NCBI GenBank assembly: GCA_964635515.1
Contig: CAZWNU010000001.1
Location: 5,068 to 69,067, forward strand
Direction: 5' to 3'
From: an uncultured Gammaproteobacteria bacterium
GTDB lineage: Bacteria > Patescibacteriota > Patescibacteriia > Patescibacteriales > JAGXOH01
DNA: 64,000 nt
The position numbers were made by a program, and so were the translations under genes. Below, one piece after another: positions 1 through 9,499 of the stretch; positions within the stretch are counted from its first letter, which is position 1; each line of letters begins with the position of its first letter. The notes under the pieces were generated by a model that searched no databases, was not told the origin of the DNA, and saw only the letters and a program-made list of their open reading frames with translations.

Positions 1-183
1 TACCTCCAGCTCTCCCGGCTCAATATCCATTTTCTCCAGGATGGGCCTGATCAAACTTTCCGGTTGGTTAAGCATAGCCAACAACAGATGGGTGGCCTCA
101 ATGTTTTGCTGGCCGCTTTCTTGGGCTATTACCTGAGAGTTTATAATAGCCTCTTGTGCTTTATTTGTGAATTTATTGAACAT
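1..183 (-). CDS. clpB: ClpB/ClpC-type chaperone, N-terminal fragment (runs off window start)
   Basis: Manual translation from the ATG at 183: MFNKFTNKAQEAIINSQVIAQESGQQNIEATHLLLAMLNQPESLIRPILEKMDI, a typical Clp N-domain start; preceded by a CIRCE element. Not in the ORF track. Confidence 0.8.
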   Translation of the reverse strand, partial: MFNKFTNKAQEAIINSQVIAQESGQQNIEATHLLLAMLNQPESLIRPILEKMDIEPGELEV

Positions 184-210
184 AAAAATTTATTTTGATA
201 ATTTTATTAA

Positions 211-237
211 TTAGCACTCTTACTATTTAAGTGCTAG
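211..237. promoter_or_regulatory. CIRCE element (HrcA operator)
   Basis: TTAGCACTC-N9-AAGTGCTAG versus consensus TTAGCACTC-N9-GAGTGCTAA (2 mismatches), 27 nt upstream of the clpB start. Confidence 0.85.
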
Positions 238-365
238 TTATGAATATAATATGAGTGCAAAAAATTGTCAAGTAAGCTTGTTTATTAATTATATTAATAT
301 TATAATGATAACATAAAAAAATTGCAAAACAGTAGCGTGGGCAAAGCTTGATATAATCAAATGCT

Positions 366-1562
366 ATGAAAAAAATAAATATCTTAGGTGTAAACATTAC
401 TGATCTTAACAAGAAAGAAGTTGTCAAGCAAATTGAGAAAAGCGCTGAAGGCAAAGCAAAGAGCTTATTTGTTGTCACCCCGAATCCGGAGATAATTCTT
501 GAAGCAGAAAAAGATGGAGAATTTTTATTTATTCTAAACCAAGCGGACTTAGCCATTCCGGATGGGGTGGGTTTAAAATTCGCCTCTTGGTTGACTGGCC
601 ACAACCTGGCCAGGATCACCGGTGCAGACCTGACCGAAGAGATATTAAAGATAGCTGAGAGAAAAGGTTTAAGATTAGGGATAATTAAACCTCCTCGAGC
701 CCTATCTGAAAATAAAGAGATCCAAAAAGCGGTAAATAGAAAATTCCCAGAATTGAACTTTTTAATATCAGAATGCTCTTCAGAGGAGGTGGACAATTTC
801 CAAGATCAAAAAATGTTTGATTTCGAACCTGAAATAATACTAAGCACACTAGGAGCTCCTTTTCAAGAAAAATTTATCTTCCATAATTTTAAAAGATTTT
901 CTAAAATTAAACTGGGTATAGGAGTGGGGGGTTCTCTGGATTTTTTGACCGGCAAAGCGCCGCGCGCCCCTAAAACATTAAGGATATTGGGCCTAGAATG
1001 GACTTGGAGGCTTGCTAAACAACCCCGAAGATGGAAACGGATAATTAAAGCTACTCTGGTTTTTCCTTGGAAGTTTCTTAAGTGGCGCTTTTTACTTCCA
1101 TTTTTTTATCGAGATAACTTGATCTGCTTGCTTTACAAGAAAAAAAATGATAATTACAAGGTTTTGGTGGTGGAAAGAAGGGAGGGGTCTGGGAAATGGC
1201 AGATTCCTCAGGGAGGAAAAGATGGTGAAGATCTGGTCACTGCCGGATCCAGAGAGTTAAGGGAAGAACTAAATTGCCACTCTTTTATTCCAATAGCTTC
1301 CTTTAAAAAAATACATAAGTACAGGTTTCCAAGGTCTTATCCCAGACCCTCAAAACATGGGGGATACAAGGGTCAAAAACAAGATCTTTTTATAGCCGAA
1401 TTCCAGGGAAAAGATCCTGATATTAAAATAAATTTTTGGGAACATAAAAATTGGCAATGGGTAGATTACAAAGATCTAGTAAATGTGGTTGATCCCAACA
1501 GGAGAGAGGCTATGAAAAAAATCATTCAAATATTTAAAAAAAATGTTATAAATAAAAATTGA
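366..1562 (+). CDS. WecB/TagA/CpsF glycosyltransferase fused to a C-terminal RppH-like Nudix hydrolase
   Basis: N-half has VVTPNPE, PDGVG, RITGADL, GAPFQE, GVGGSLDF, RAP and GLEW.WRL. C-half has WQIPQGG, a Nudix box (E.......RELREEL) and YKGQKQ. Confidence 0.88.
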   Translation: MKKINILGVNITDLNKKEVVKQIEKSAEGKAKSLFVVTPNPEIILEAEKDGEFLFILNQADLAIPDGVGLKFASWLTGHNLARITGADLTEEILKIAERKGLRLGIIKPPRALSENKEIQKAVNRKFPELNFLISECSSEEVDNFQDQKMFDFEPEIILSTLGAPFQEKFIFHNFKRFSKIKLGIGVGGSLDFLTGKAPRAPKTLRILGLEWTWRLAKQPRRWKRIIKATLVFPWKFLKWRFLLPFFYRDNLICLLYKKKNDNYKVLVVERREGSGKWQIPQGGKDGEDLVTAGSRELREELNCHSFIPIASFKKIHKYRFPRSYPRPSKHGGYKGQKQDLFIAEFQGKDPDIKINFWEHKNWQWVDYKDLVNVVDPNRREAMKKIIQIFKKNVINKN

Positions 1563-3040
1563 TTATGACTAAAAAGATCAGAACCAGGTTCGCCCCTTCA
1601 CCCACAGGCTTTCTTCATATCGGGGGACTAAGGACAGCTTTATTCAATTATTTGGTCTCCAAGAGGGACGGAGGAAAGACTCTTCTCAGAATAGAGGATA
1701 CGGACCAGAAGAGAGAGGTGGTCGGTGCGGTAAAGAGTTTGGAGGAGGTTTTAAATTGGTCTGGAATAAAATTTGATGAAGGGCCAAACCAGGGAGGAGA
1801 ATACGGTCCATATATACAGAGTCAAAGATTGGATGTCTATGAAAAATATATAAATAAACTTTTAGACTCCCAAAAGGCTTATTATTGTTTTTGCAGCTCT
1901 GACAGATTGGCCGAGCTAAGGGATGAACAAAGACAAAAAAATCAACCTCCGAGGTATGATAGAAAATGCCGAGACCTAAATATCCAAGAGGTGAACAAAA
2001 AATTAGAACAAGAAGAACCTTATGTAATTAGGCAAAAAATTCCACTTGAGGGAGAGATTCTGGTGAAAGACCTTTTGAGGGGGGAGATAAAATTTAAAGC
2101 CAAAGACCTGGAAGACCATGTCCTGATAAAGTCAGATAAGACCCCCACTTACCAATTTGCCTCTGTGGTAGATGATCATTTAATGGAAATAAGCCATGTA
2201 ATCAGAGGAGAAGAGTGGCTACCTTCTTTTCCTAAAAATGTTCTGCTGTACCAGGCTTTTGACTGGATTACCCCAGAGTTTATTCACCTCCCTTTAATTC
2301 TGGACAAGGAGGGGGGTAAGTTAAGCAAAAGAAAAAACAATGTGGCGGTAGAGGATTACAAAAAGCAGGGGTATCTACCGGAAGCTTTAATAAATTTTGT
2401 GGCTTTATTAGGTTGGCACCCCAAGGATGACAATGAAATCCTCAGTTTAGAAGAAATAAGGGAAAAATTCCGAGCGGATGATATTGGTATCAGTCCGGCC
2501 ACTTTTGATCTAGATAAATTGAACTATCTTAATGGATATTATATTAGGCAAACAAGCCTTTCAAGTTTAACTGATAAATGTTTGCCCTTTTTAGAGAAAA
2601 ATATGGAAAAATCCTCCAGGAACCATAAAAAAGAAAGGAAATTCTTAGAAAAGGTAGTCGCTATGGAACAAGAGAGAATGAAGAAACTCGAAGACATAGC
2701 GGACCTAACCGAATTTTTATTTTTAGATGATCTTAGTTATGAAAAAGATCTTTTGGTGTGGAAAAAAATGAGCGAAGAAGAGGTGGCTGAAAACCTAAAA
2801 ACCATATACCAAATATTAGAAAAAATACCAGAAAAGGATTGGAGCATCAAAACTCTGGAAAAACATATATTCGACTACATAAAAGAAAGAGGGGAGAAGG
2901 TGGGCAACTTTTTATGGCCGCTCAGAGTGGCTTTAACCGGGCAAGAGAAAAGCCCCGGCCCTCTTGAGGTGGCTGATGCCTTGGAAAAAAAAGAGAGTTT
3001 GGCCAGAATCGAAAGTGCTTTGAATTTAATACAAAATTAA
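1559..3040 (+). CDS. gltX: Glutamate--tRNA ligase
   Basis: RTRFAPSPTGFLHIGG (HIGH), RIEDTDQ, KLSKR (KMSKS). True start may be the ATG at 1565. Confidence 0.97.
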   Translation: MIMTKKIRTRFAPSPTGFLHIGGLRTALFNYLVSKRDGGKTLLRIEDTDQKREVVGAVKSLEEVLNWSGIKFDEGPNQGGEYGPYIQSQRLDVYEKYINKLLDSQKAYYCFCSSDRLAELRDEQRQKNQPPRYDRKCRDLNIQEVNKKLEQEEPYVIRQKIPLEGEILVKDLLRGEIKFKAKDLEDHVLIKSDKTPTYQFASVVDDHLMEISHVIRGEEWLPSFPKNVLLYQAFDWITPEFIHLPLILDKEGGKLSKRKNNVAVEDYKKQGYLPEALINFVALLGWHPKDDNEILSLEEIREKFRADDIGISPATFDLDKLNYLNGYYIRQTSLSSLTDKCLPFLEKNMEKSSRNHKKERKFLEKVVAMEQERMKKLEDIADLTEFLFLDDLSYEKDLLVWKKMSEEEVAENLKTIYQILEKIPEKDWSIKTLEKHIFDYIKERGEKVGNFLWPLRVALTGQEKSPGPLEVADALEKKESLARIESALNLIQN

Positions 3041-3125
3041 ATAAAAAAACAATCCGGATTTTAAATGATCAAGGGTTTGTGTTATAATAATTTTACGATA
3101 AATAAACTAAGATTATTTAAATTTT

Positions 3126-3476
3126 ATGGGCAGCCATGCTCTCAAAATTTTTGGCCAAACAATACTGGATATAGCTTACTTCCCCCTTTGGTGGTACTCT
3201 CAAGGATTGTTAAAAGTTCTTAGATTTTTAAAATCTTTTTTGCTTCAAAAAGAAAAAAGTTTAGCCTTTTTAGTTTGGGTAAAGAACATATTTACCCCCA
3301 TGTATGGACAGAGAGATGTCGCCGGATTTCTGATAAGTTTTTTTATGAGGTTGGTGCAAATAATATTCAGAGGCCTTGTATTGCTTTTTTGGCTTGCCTT
3401 TGTCCTAGGGGTCTTATTATTTTATATCCTCCTGCCCCTGATGTTGCTTTACCAAATTATTTACCAAATTATTTAA
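3126..3476 (+). CDS. Small membrane protein directly upstream of the Clp ATPase
   Basis: 116 aa with YFPLWWY, NIFTPMYGQ and a hydrophobic C-half; stop is 1 nt before the next ATG. Confidence 0.8.
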   Translation: MGSHALKIFGQTILDIAYFPLWWYSQGLLKVLRFLKSFLLQKEKSLAFLVWVKNIFTPMYGQRDVAGFLISFFMRLVQIIFRGLVLLFWLAFVLGVLLFYILLPLMLLYQIIYQII

Positions 3477-3477
3477 G

Positions 3478-6237
3478 ATGATCGAAAAAAAAGATGAATT
3501 ACAATTTATAACTTGCCCTGAATGCCAGGGGAGTGGAAGAGGGGAAATGGGGTTTGGCTGTTTTAATTGTCAGGAAATGGGGCAAGGGGTTTTATTTAAG
3601 GGAAGATTCTTATTTTTTGGACCCAAACTTGATATTAAAAAAATAAAATTTCCTTTAATAAAAAACAGGTTCGACAGGATGGTCAATTTTACTTCCTTTT
3701 TTCTCGCTTTCTTAGGCCTCCTGTCTTTGTCTTTTTGGTATTATTTAAATTTCTCTCAATTTCAATTCTGGCAAGATTTTTTATTTTGGCAGTATACCGA
3801 TATTTTGATCTTATTTTTTTGGCTGGGAGCTTTATTTTTCATCTTCGGTATCTACAAAATAATCAAGGAGGGGGATGAGGAGAAAAAGATTTCTGATTTC
3901 AAGGAGGTGGAAGAGAGTTTAGAAAATATTGAAGATTGGGAAGAGATAAAGAAATACAAATACAAATATGATACTGCGGAGGCTTTGAGCAGGGAAAGTT
4001 TGAGAACAATAGCAGAGTCCTATAAAATAGCTAAAAGGTTTAAGCATCAGGAAATAACACCTCTCCATCTTTTCGCCGCTCTAATAATTCAAGATTCTTG
4101 GATGATCGCTCTTTTTGATAGATTAAATATAAATCAACAAGAATTATTTGAAAAAATCGGAAGGCAGTTAAACCGGGAAAAACAATCTCAAAAGAATGCT
4201 CGTCCCTCAAGGTTCAATAAATCGATTAAAAAAATTTTTATCTCTGGTTTTGTGGACGCTTATGAGTTGGGACAAGAGAATGTCAAACCTTTTAATCTAG
4301 TGACTTATTGCACTCGAGAAGATGATTTTCTAAAAGAGCTGCTCCTGGATTTTAAGATTGATGAAAGAAAAATAGAAAATGTTCTGTCTTGGTTCAGGAC
4401 TAATGAAGAAATAATAGAGAATATAAAAACCTATAAAAAGGTTGCCAGATTCAAACCTAAGAGTAATATGGACAGGGCTTATACTTCAGTAGAAACCACC
4501 TTTTTAAATAAGTGTAGTTATGACTTGACCTTGGCAGCTAAGTGGGGTAGATTGGGCTTGTGCGTCTCTAGAGAGAAGGAGATAAATAAAATATTCAATT
4601 CTTTGACTGGTGTTAATAGAGGGGTGGTTTTAGTGGGGCCGGAAGGAGTAGGCAAAAAAACTATTGTCAAAGGAGTGGCCAGGTTGATGGTGAGAGAAAA
4701 AGTCCCTGACTTCTTATGGGACAAGAGGCTGCTAGAGCTAGATGTGGCCAGGTTGCTCAGCGGAGCCACTCCATCTCAATCAGAGGAAAGAATATTAAGA
4801 GTTTTGGATGAAATATTCAGGGCCGGTAATATAGTTTTATATATAAAAAATATTGATAACTTAATAGGAATAAAAGTGGGGGAGGAGGGAGGAATGGATC
4901 TTTCCGAAGCTTTGGTTGACGGGCTGGAAAGGAGAGGTATATATTGCCTGGCCACCACCACTAAAAGCAATTTTTATCAATATGTTGAAAAAAGCGCCAT
5001 AACCGGGAGTATGGCCAAAATAGATGTTTCAGAGCCCGAAGGAGATCAAGCTATCAGAATTATAGAAAGTAAAATAGGCTTGATGGAGGCTAAGTTTAAG
5101 GGAGTGTTCTTTTCCTACAATGCCATAGAATCAGCTATCGAACTGTCCCAGAGATACATCCATGATAAACATTTACCCCAAAAAGCTCTGGAGATTATAG
5201 AGCAAACCGGAATCAGATTATTCAAGTCCAAAAAGAAAAAAGAAAAAGTTCTGTGCAAAAAGAATGATATAGCCCTGACGATCAAGGAAATGACCAATAT
5301 CCCGGTCGATGAAGTGTCAGAGGAGGAAGGGATCAAGCTTCTTGGATTGGAAAAGGAAATACATAAACACATTATAAACCAAAGCGAGGCCGTGAATATG
5401 GTATCTGATAGCCTGAGAAGGGCTAGAGTAGAGTTGAAGGAAGAGAAAAAGACTATATCAAATTTTTTATTTTTAGGACCAACAGGAGTAGGTAAAACTG
5501 AACTGGCCAAAACCGTATCCAAAGTTTATTTAGGAAAAGAGGAGTTTATGATAAGGTTGGACATGAGTGAATATCAGCATGAAGACAGTGTTAAAAAAAT
5601 AATAGGGGACACTAGTGGTAAGAAGGGATATTTGACAGAGGCTGTGAGAAAAAATCCTTTCTCTTTAATACTCCTTGATGAATTTGAAAAAGCTCATCCT
5701 AAGATATTGGATCTCTTTTTACAGGTTACTGATGAGGGCAGACTAACTGACGGTCAGGGAAGAACGGTTGATTTCACCAGTAGCATTATTATAGCCACAT
5801 CAAACATCGGTTCTCGTTTTATTGAAAAGGAAATATCCGTAGGCAAGGAAATCAAGGATATAAAAGAAGTCCTTATAAACGAAAAATTAATAGAAGTTAT
5901 TAAACCGGAATTGATCAATAGGTTTGACGGGGTTATTATATTCAAACCCTTAAGCATGAAGAATGTGGTTGAGATAACCAAATTAATAATAGAAGGAGTC
6001 AGAAAAATGCTTGAAAACAAAAGCATAATTTTAAAAATAGATGAGGCCGGGGTTAGGAAGTTGGCTGAAGAAGGGCATGATCCCAAGTTCGGAGCCAGGC
6101 CCTTAAGGAGATTGATAAAAAAGAAAATAGAAAATGAAATAGCCAAAAAGATATTATCAGGGGAGTTGAGCACAAGAGACACTGTTATCATCAACCATAA
6201 TGTTGAAATAGAAGTCGAAAAGGCTAAAAAATTATAA
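3478..6237 (+). CDS. Membrane-anchored ClpA/B-family AAA+ ATPase with N-terminal Zn-finger
   Basis: CPECQGSG...CFNC, two hydrophobic helices, Clp N-domain (ITPLHLFAAL), degenerate D1 (GPEGVGKKT; LYIKN), intact D2 (GPTGVGKT, RLDMSEY, LLDEFEKAH, GARPLRR). Confidence 0.9.
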   Translation: MIEKKDELQFITCPECQGSGRGEMGFGCFNCQEMGQGVLFKGRFLFFGPKLDIKKIKFPLIKNRFDRMVNFTSFFLAFLGLLSLSFWYYLNFSQFQFWQDFLFWQYTDILILFFWLGALFFIFGIYKIIKEGDEEKKISDFKEVEESLENIEDWEEIKKYKYKYDTAEALSRESLRTIAESYKIAKRFKHQEITPLHLFAALIIQDSWMIALFDRLNINQQELFEKIGRQLNREKQSQKNARPSRFNKSIKKIFISGFVDAYELGQENVKPFNLVTYCTREDDFLKELLLDFKIDERKIENVLSWFRTNEEIIENIKTYKKVARFKPKSNMDRAYTSVETTFLNKCSYDLTLAAKWGRLGLCVSREKEINKIFNSLTGVNRGVVLVGPEGVGKKTIVKGVARLMVREKVPDFLWDKRLLELDVARLLSGATPSQSEERILRVLDEIFRAGNIVLYIKNIDNLIGIKVGEEGGMDLSEALVDGLERRGIYCLATTTKSNFYQYVEKSAITGSMAKIDVSEPEGDQAIRIIESKIGLMEAKFKGVFFSYNAIESAIELSQRYIHDKHLPQKALEIIEQTGIRLFKSKKKKEKVLCKKNDIALTIKEMTNIPVDEVSEEEGIKLLGLEKEIHKHIINQSEAVNMVSDSLRRARVELKEEKKTISNFLFLGPTGVGKTELAKTVSKVYLGKEEFMIRLDMSEYQHEDSVKKIIGDTSGKKGYLTEAVRKNPFSLILLDEFEKAHPKILDLFLQVTDEGRLTDGQGRTVDFTSSIIIATSNIGSRFIEKEISVGKEIKDIKEVLINEKLIEVIKPELINRFDGVIIFKPLSMKNVVEITKLIIEGVRKMLENKSIILKIDEAGVRKLAEEGHDPKFGARPLRRLIKKKIENEIAKKILSGELSTRDTVIINHNVEIEVEKAKKL

Positions 6238-6266
6238 AAAAAGGATGCTTTTTGCCAAAGCATCCT
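6236..6266 (-). terminator. Intrinsic terminator for the minus-strand small ORF
   Basis: AGGATGCTTT-TTGCC-AAAGCATCCT hairpin with an A-run on its left (U-tract on the - strand). Confidence 0.75.
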
Positions 6267-6273
6267 GCAAATC

Positions 6274-6528
6274 TTAACCCGTTGCCATTTCCTTTCTTTC
6301 TTGTTCTATAAATCTTTCCAAAATTATGACGGGTTCAAGTCCCAATTTTTTACATCTTTTTTGGAAAAAAGGACAGCTGAAAAAATGGGCACAAAATTTG
6401 GCATAAATTATTGTCTTTTTTTGATTTGCCAAATCCTGGTCTTGAAGATTGTCTAAATCTTCCATTTTTTGCAGAAAAGACGCAACCCTTTTTTTCCTTA
6501 ACCTTTTTTTCCCATTCAAATTGATCAC
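6274..6528 (-). CDS. Orphan small basic protein (about 84 aa)
   Basis: GTG at 6528 preceded by AGGAGGAGGAG, with its own promoter and terminator; in frame with track ORF 6274..6561. Confidence 0.65.
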   Translation of the reverse strand: MINLNGKKRLRKKRVASFLQKMEDLDNLQDQDLANQKKTIIYAKFCAHFFSCPFFQKRCKKLGLEPVIILERFIEQERKEMATG

Positions 6529-6530
6529 TG

Positions 6531-6618
6531 CTCCTCCTCCTACTCCTGTTAGTGGTTTCAATTAAAAAGAACCTTATGATTGAGAACTATTATATCATAA
6601 TTTTCCTATTTTGTGCAA
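6531..6618 (-). promoter_or_regulatory. sigma70 promoter + boxA-like motif + SD
   Basis: Minus strand: TTGCAC(6618-6613)-18-TATAAT(6594-6589, with TG extension), GTTCTTTTTAAT(6572-6561), GGAGGAGGAG(6540-6531). Confidence 0.6.
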
Positions 6619-7658
6619 GTCTAACCGCTGTTTTGACATTTTTTGTTATTAAGCTGGCCTGGAAATGGGATATTGTAGACCACCCTTCTGAAAAAAGAAA
6701 AATACATGAAAAGCCCACTCCCTTACTGGGAGGGGTGGCCATATTCTTGGCTTTTTTCTTAAGTCTTTTTCTGTTGCGCGAAAACTTAATTATAGGGGAT
6801 TTGGAATATCATCACTGGCTGGGATTTTTTGCCGGAGCTGTTTTTTTAATTATTGGGGGTTTTTTGGATGATAAGTATAAACTTAGGCCATCCAGACAAG
6901 TTATTTGGCCTATTTTAGCCGTACTTTGCGTTATTGCCGGAGGAGTGGGGATTACTAAGATATCCAACCCCTTTAATGACTTGTTTTATCTTGATACCGT
7001 AACCCTGACTATTTTTAAGTGGGGGGACTCGACATATTATCTTACCCTGCTTAGAGACGCCTTTACTTTTCTTTGGTTGATGGCTATGATGTATACTACC
7101 AAACTTCTGGACGGAGTTGATGGTCTGGTCTCTGGGGTAGTGGCTATTGGAGGATTTATCATTTTTCTCTTCACTACCACCACCCAATATTATCAACCTG
7201 ATATAGCCCTTGCCTCCCTGATCCTTATGGCTTGTTGTTTGGGTTTTTTGATTTTCAACTGGAGTCCGGCTAAAATATTTTTAGGTGAGGGAGGCTCCTT
7301 ATTACTTGGATATCTTCTGGGAGTGCTGGCTATTATCTCAGGTGGAAAAATAGCTATAGCCTTTTTAGTCTTAGGACTCCCTGTTTTAGATCTACTGTGG
7401 ACCATAATTAGAAGACTCTGGAGCGGTCAAAACCCCTTTAAGACAGCTGATAAAAAACATCTTCATCATAAATTATTGAACTGGGGTTTGAGCCCGGAGC
7501 AAACTTCTCTAGTTTTTTATTTCTTTGCTTTAATCTTTGGTGTCAGCGCCTTATTTCTTCAAACCACCGGAAAAATATTGGCTATACTAGGATTGATTCT
7601 TCTAATGTTTTTCTTAGTAACCGGACTTAAGCGCTTGGGGAGTAAGGACAGAGTTTAG
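6576..7658 (+). CDS. MraY/WecA/TagO family undecaprenyl-phosphate GlcNAc-1-phosphate transferase
   Basis: DHP..RKIH..PTPLLGG, GFLDD, LDGVDGL, FNWSPAKIFLGEGGS, DKKHLHH; multi-TM. Start set at ATG 6576. Confidence 0.92.
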   Translation: MIENYYIIIFLFCASLTAVLTFFVIKLAWKWDIVDHPSEKRKIHEKPTPLLGGVAIFLAFFLSLFLLRENLIIGDLEYHHWLGFFAGAVFLIIGGFLDDKYKLRPSRQVIWPILAVLCVIAGGVGITKISNPFNDLFYLDTVTLTIFKWGDSTYYLTLLRDAFTFLWLMAMMYTTKLLDGVDGLVSGVVAIGGFIIFLFTTTTQYYQPDIALASLILMACCLGFLIFNWSPAKIFLGEGGSLLLGYLLGVLAIISGGKIAIAFLVLGLPVLDLLWTIIRRLWSGQNPFKTADKKHLHHKLLNWGLSPEQTSLVFYFFALIFGVSALFLQTTGKILAILGLILLMFFLVTGLKRLGSKDRV

Positions 7659-7678
7659 TCTAAAAGTTTAAAAAATTT

Positions 7679-8053
7679 ATGTTCAATTATCCTGAAGCTA
7701 AAATATATCTTGTTTTTTCTTGGGTTGTTTTTATTTTGATCTTAATTATCACCCCTCTCCCGAATCTGGAAAACAGTTCAGAGTTGACCCTTAATGATAA
7801 AATAATCCATTTTTTTATGTTCGGGGTCTTGAGTTTTTTGCTTAACTGGAGCCTTAGGGAAGTGAGGGAGTCTAGGCCTCTTTTTGCAGACACCTTAATT
7901 GTCTCTGGAGTGATCATATATGTTTTGCTCTGCGAGTACATACAAGGCTTTATTCCCAGCCGAACAGCTTGTCAATGGGATATTATAGCTGGCATTCTCG
8001 GCGCAATTATTGGCCTGACATTAGCTAATCTTTATTTCCGTGAAGAAAAATAA
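7679..8053 (+). CDS. VanZ family membrane protein
   Basis: DKIIHFFMFG, EYIQGFIPSR...D motifs. Confidence 0.85.
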   Translation: MFNYPEAKIYLVFSWVVFILILIITPLPNLENSSELTLNDKIIHFFMFGVLSFLLNWSLREVRESRPLFADTLIVSGVIIYVLLCEYIQGFIPSRTACQWDIIAGILGAIIGLTLANLYFREEK

Positions 8054-8113
8054 TTTTCTTTTTTATTTTTAAATGATATAATCATTTACAGATATAATAA
8101 TTTAATTTAACTT

Positions 8114-9160
8114 ATGGAAGATGTATTAAAATACTTCAGAGAGGCCATAAAAAAAGGTGCTTCTGATCTTCATTTGGTGGCGGACAGTAAACCTGCTATA
8201 AGACTGGAGGGAGGCTTAATTAGAATAGGAGAGAGGCCCATTATTCATGAAGAATTCATGGAGCAAGTAAAAAAACTTATAACCAAAGAGCAGCTGGAGA
8301 GCTTAATGAAGGAAAAAGAACTGGATATGTCTTTGAAAGTAGGTGACCAACATTTTAGAGTTAATTTTCATTTTCAAAAAAGAAAATTGGGAATGGCCGC
8401 CAGAGTGATGCCTAAAAGCCCTCCAGGGCCAGAGGAAATAGGATTTGATGAGACACTATACGGATTAACCCATTTGAATGATGGTCTGGTTCTGGTAACC
8501 GGTCCGGCCGGGTCGGGAAAATCGACCACATTGGCCACAATGCTCAATATTATTAACTTAGAAAGGAGGAGTCATATAATTACCATAGAGGACCCTATTG
8601 AATACCATTTCGAGAATATACAATCAATTGTGGAGCAGAGAGAACTTAATTTTGATACTCATAGTTTTGCCTCGGCCTTAAAGCACTCTTTGCGACAAGA
8701 CCCCAATGTTATTATGGTCGGAGAAATGAGGGATCAAGAGACCATAACAACCGCCCTGCAAGCAGCAGAAACAGGTCATCTGGTTTTTTCTACTCTTCAT
8801 ACCTCCACCGCCCTGGAGACCGTTTCTAGAATTGTTGACATGTTTCCGGCAAGTTCCCATAAAAGAATTTTGAATCAACTCTCTTCTTGTCTTAGAGCGG
8901 TAATATCCCAACAATTACTTCCCAGAAAAAAAGGCGGCTTGGTGGTAGCAAGAGAAATAATGATAAATAACCCGGCCATATCCAACCTAATAAGGGCGGA
9001 TAAGCTAGAGCAGATCTACAGCGCTATAGAAACGGGTAGTCAGGACGGGATGATAACCATGAACAAAGCTATTGAAAGCTTGTATGAAAAAGATGTTATC
9101 AGTGAAAAAACGGCTGAATCCAAAAAAAGAGAAAACAGCAGTTCCTCTACTTATTATTAA
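8114..9160 (+). CDS. pilT: Type IV pilus retraction ATPase PilT/PilU
   Basis: ASDLHL, GPAGSGKST, TIEDPIE, LRQDPNVIMVGEMRD, AETGHLVFSTLHT, AISNLIR. Confidence 0.93.
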   Translation: MEDVLKYFREAIKKGASDLHLVADSKPAIRLEGGLIRIGERPIIHEEFMEQVKKLITKEQLESLMKEKELDMSLKVGDQHFRVNFHFQKRKLGMAARVMPKSPPGPEEIGFDETLYGLTHLNDGLVLVTGPAGSGKSTTLATMLNIINLERRSHIITIEDPIEYHFENIQSIVEQRELNFDTHSFASALKHSLRQDPNVIMVGEMRDQETITTALQAAETGHLVFSTLHTSTALETVSRIVDMFPASSHKRILNQLSSCLRAVISQQLLPRKKGGLVVAREIMINNPAISNLIRADKLEQIYSAIETGSQDGMITMNKAIESLYEKDVISEKTAESKKRENSSSSTYY

Positions 9161-9169
9161 ACAAAAATT

Positions 9170-9499
9170 ATGACCCTAGATAAATGGAAGGAGATAGTTG
9201 GTCAAATAAAAGATAATTTTGAAGTTGAAAGTCACGAATCCTACCACCTGGAAGATCAAGGAGGTATGGAAGTAGAAGATATAGTTTTTCAAAGCCCTTT
9301 AGGTAAAACAAAACTGGAATTTATAAGTAAACCTCTTTTATTAGACAAAAAGACCAGCTACTCAAAAAGATTAGGCTCAGACGTCAAAATAGAGAATGTT
9401 TACAGCCAGGAAGAAAAGGTTTATAACATGAATGCCTACAAATGGGATGAAGAAGCCGGTGATTGGTTGGAAATTGATTCTAAAAATTTTGATCTATGA
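9170..9499 (+). CDS. Hypothetical protein
   Basis: 109-aa ORF in the pilT operon, overlapping the next gene (ATGA). Confidence 0.8.
   Translation: MTLDKWKEIVGQIKDNFEVESHESYHLEDQGGMEVEDIVFQSPLGKTKLEFISKPLLLDKKTSYSKRLGSDVKIENVYSQEEKVYNMNAYKWDEEAGDWLEIDSKNFDL

Noticed and set aside
1559-9499. Alternative genetic code (UGA=Gly, as in Gracilibacteria/Absconditabacteria)
   Set aside because: TGA serves as a stop at overlapping gene junctions (1562, 9499), and long ORFs are intact under code 11.
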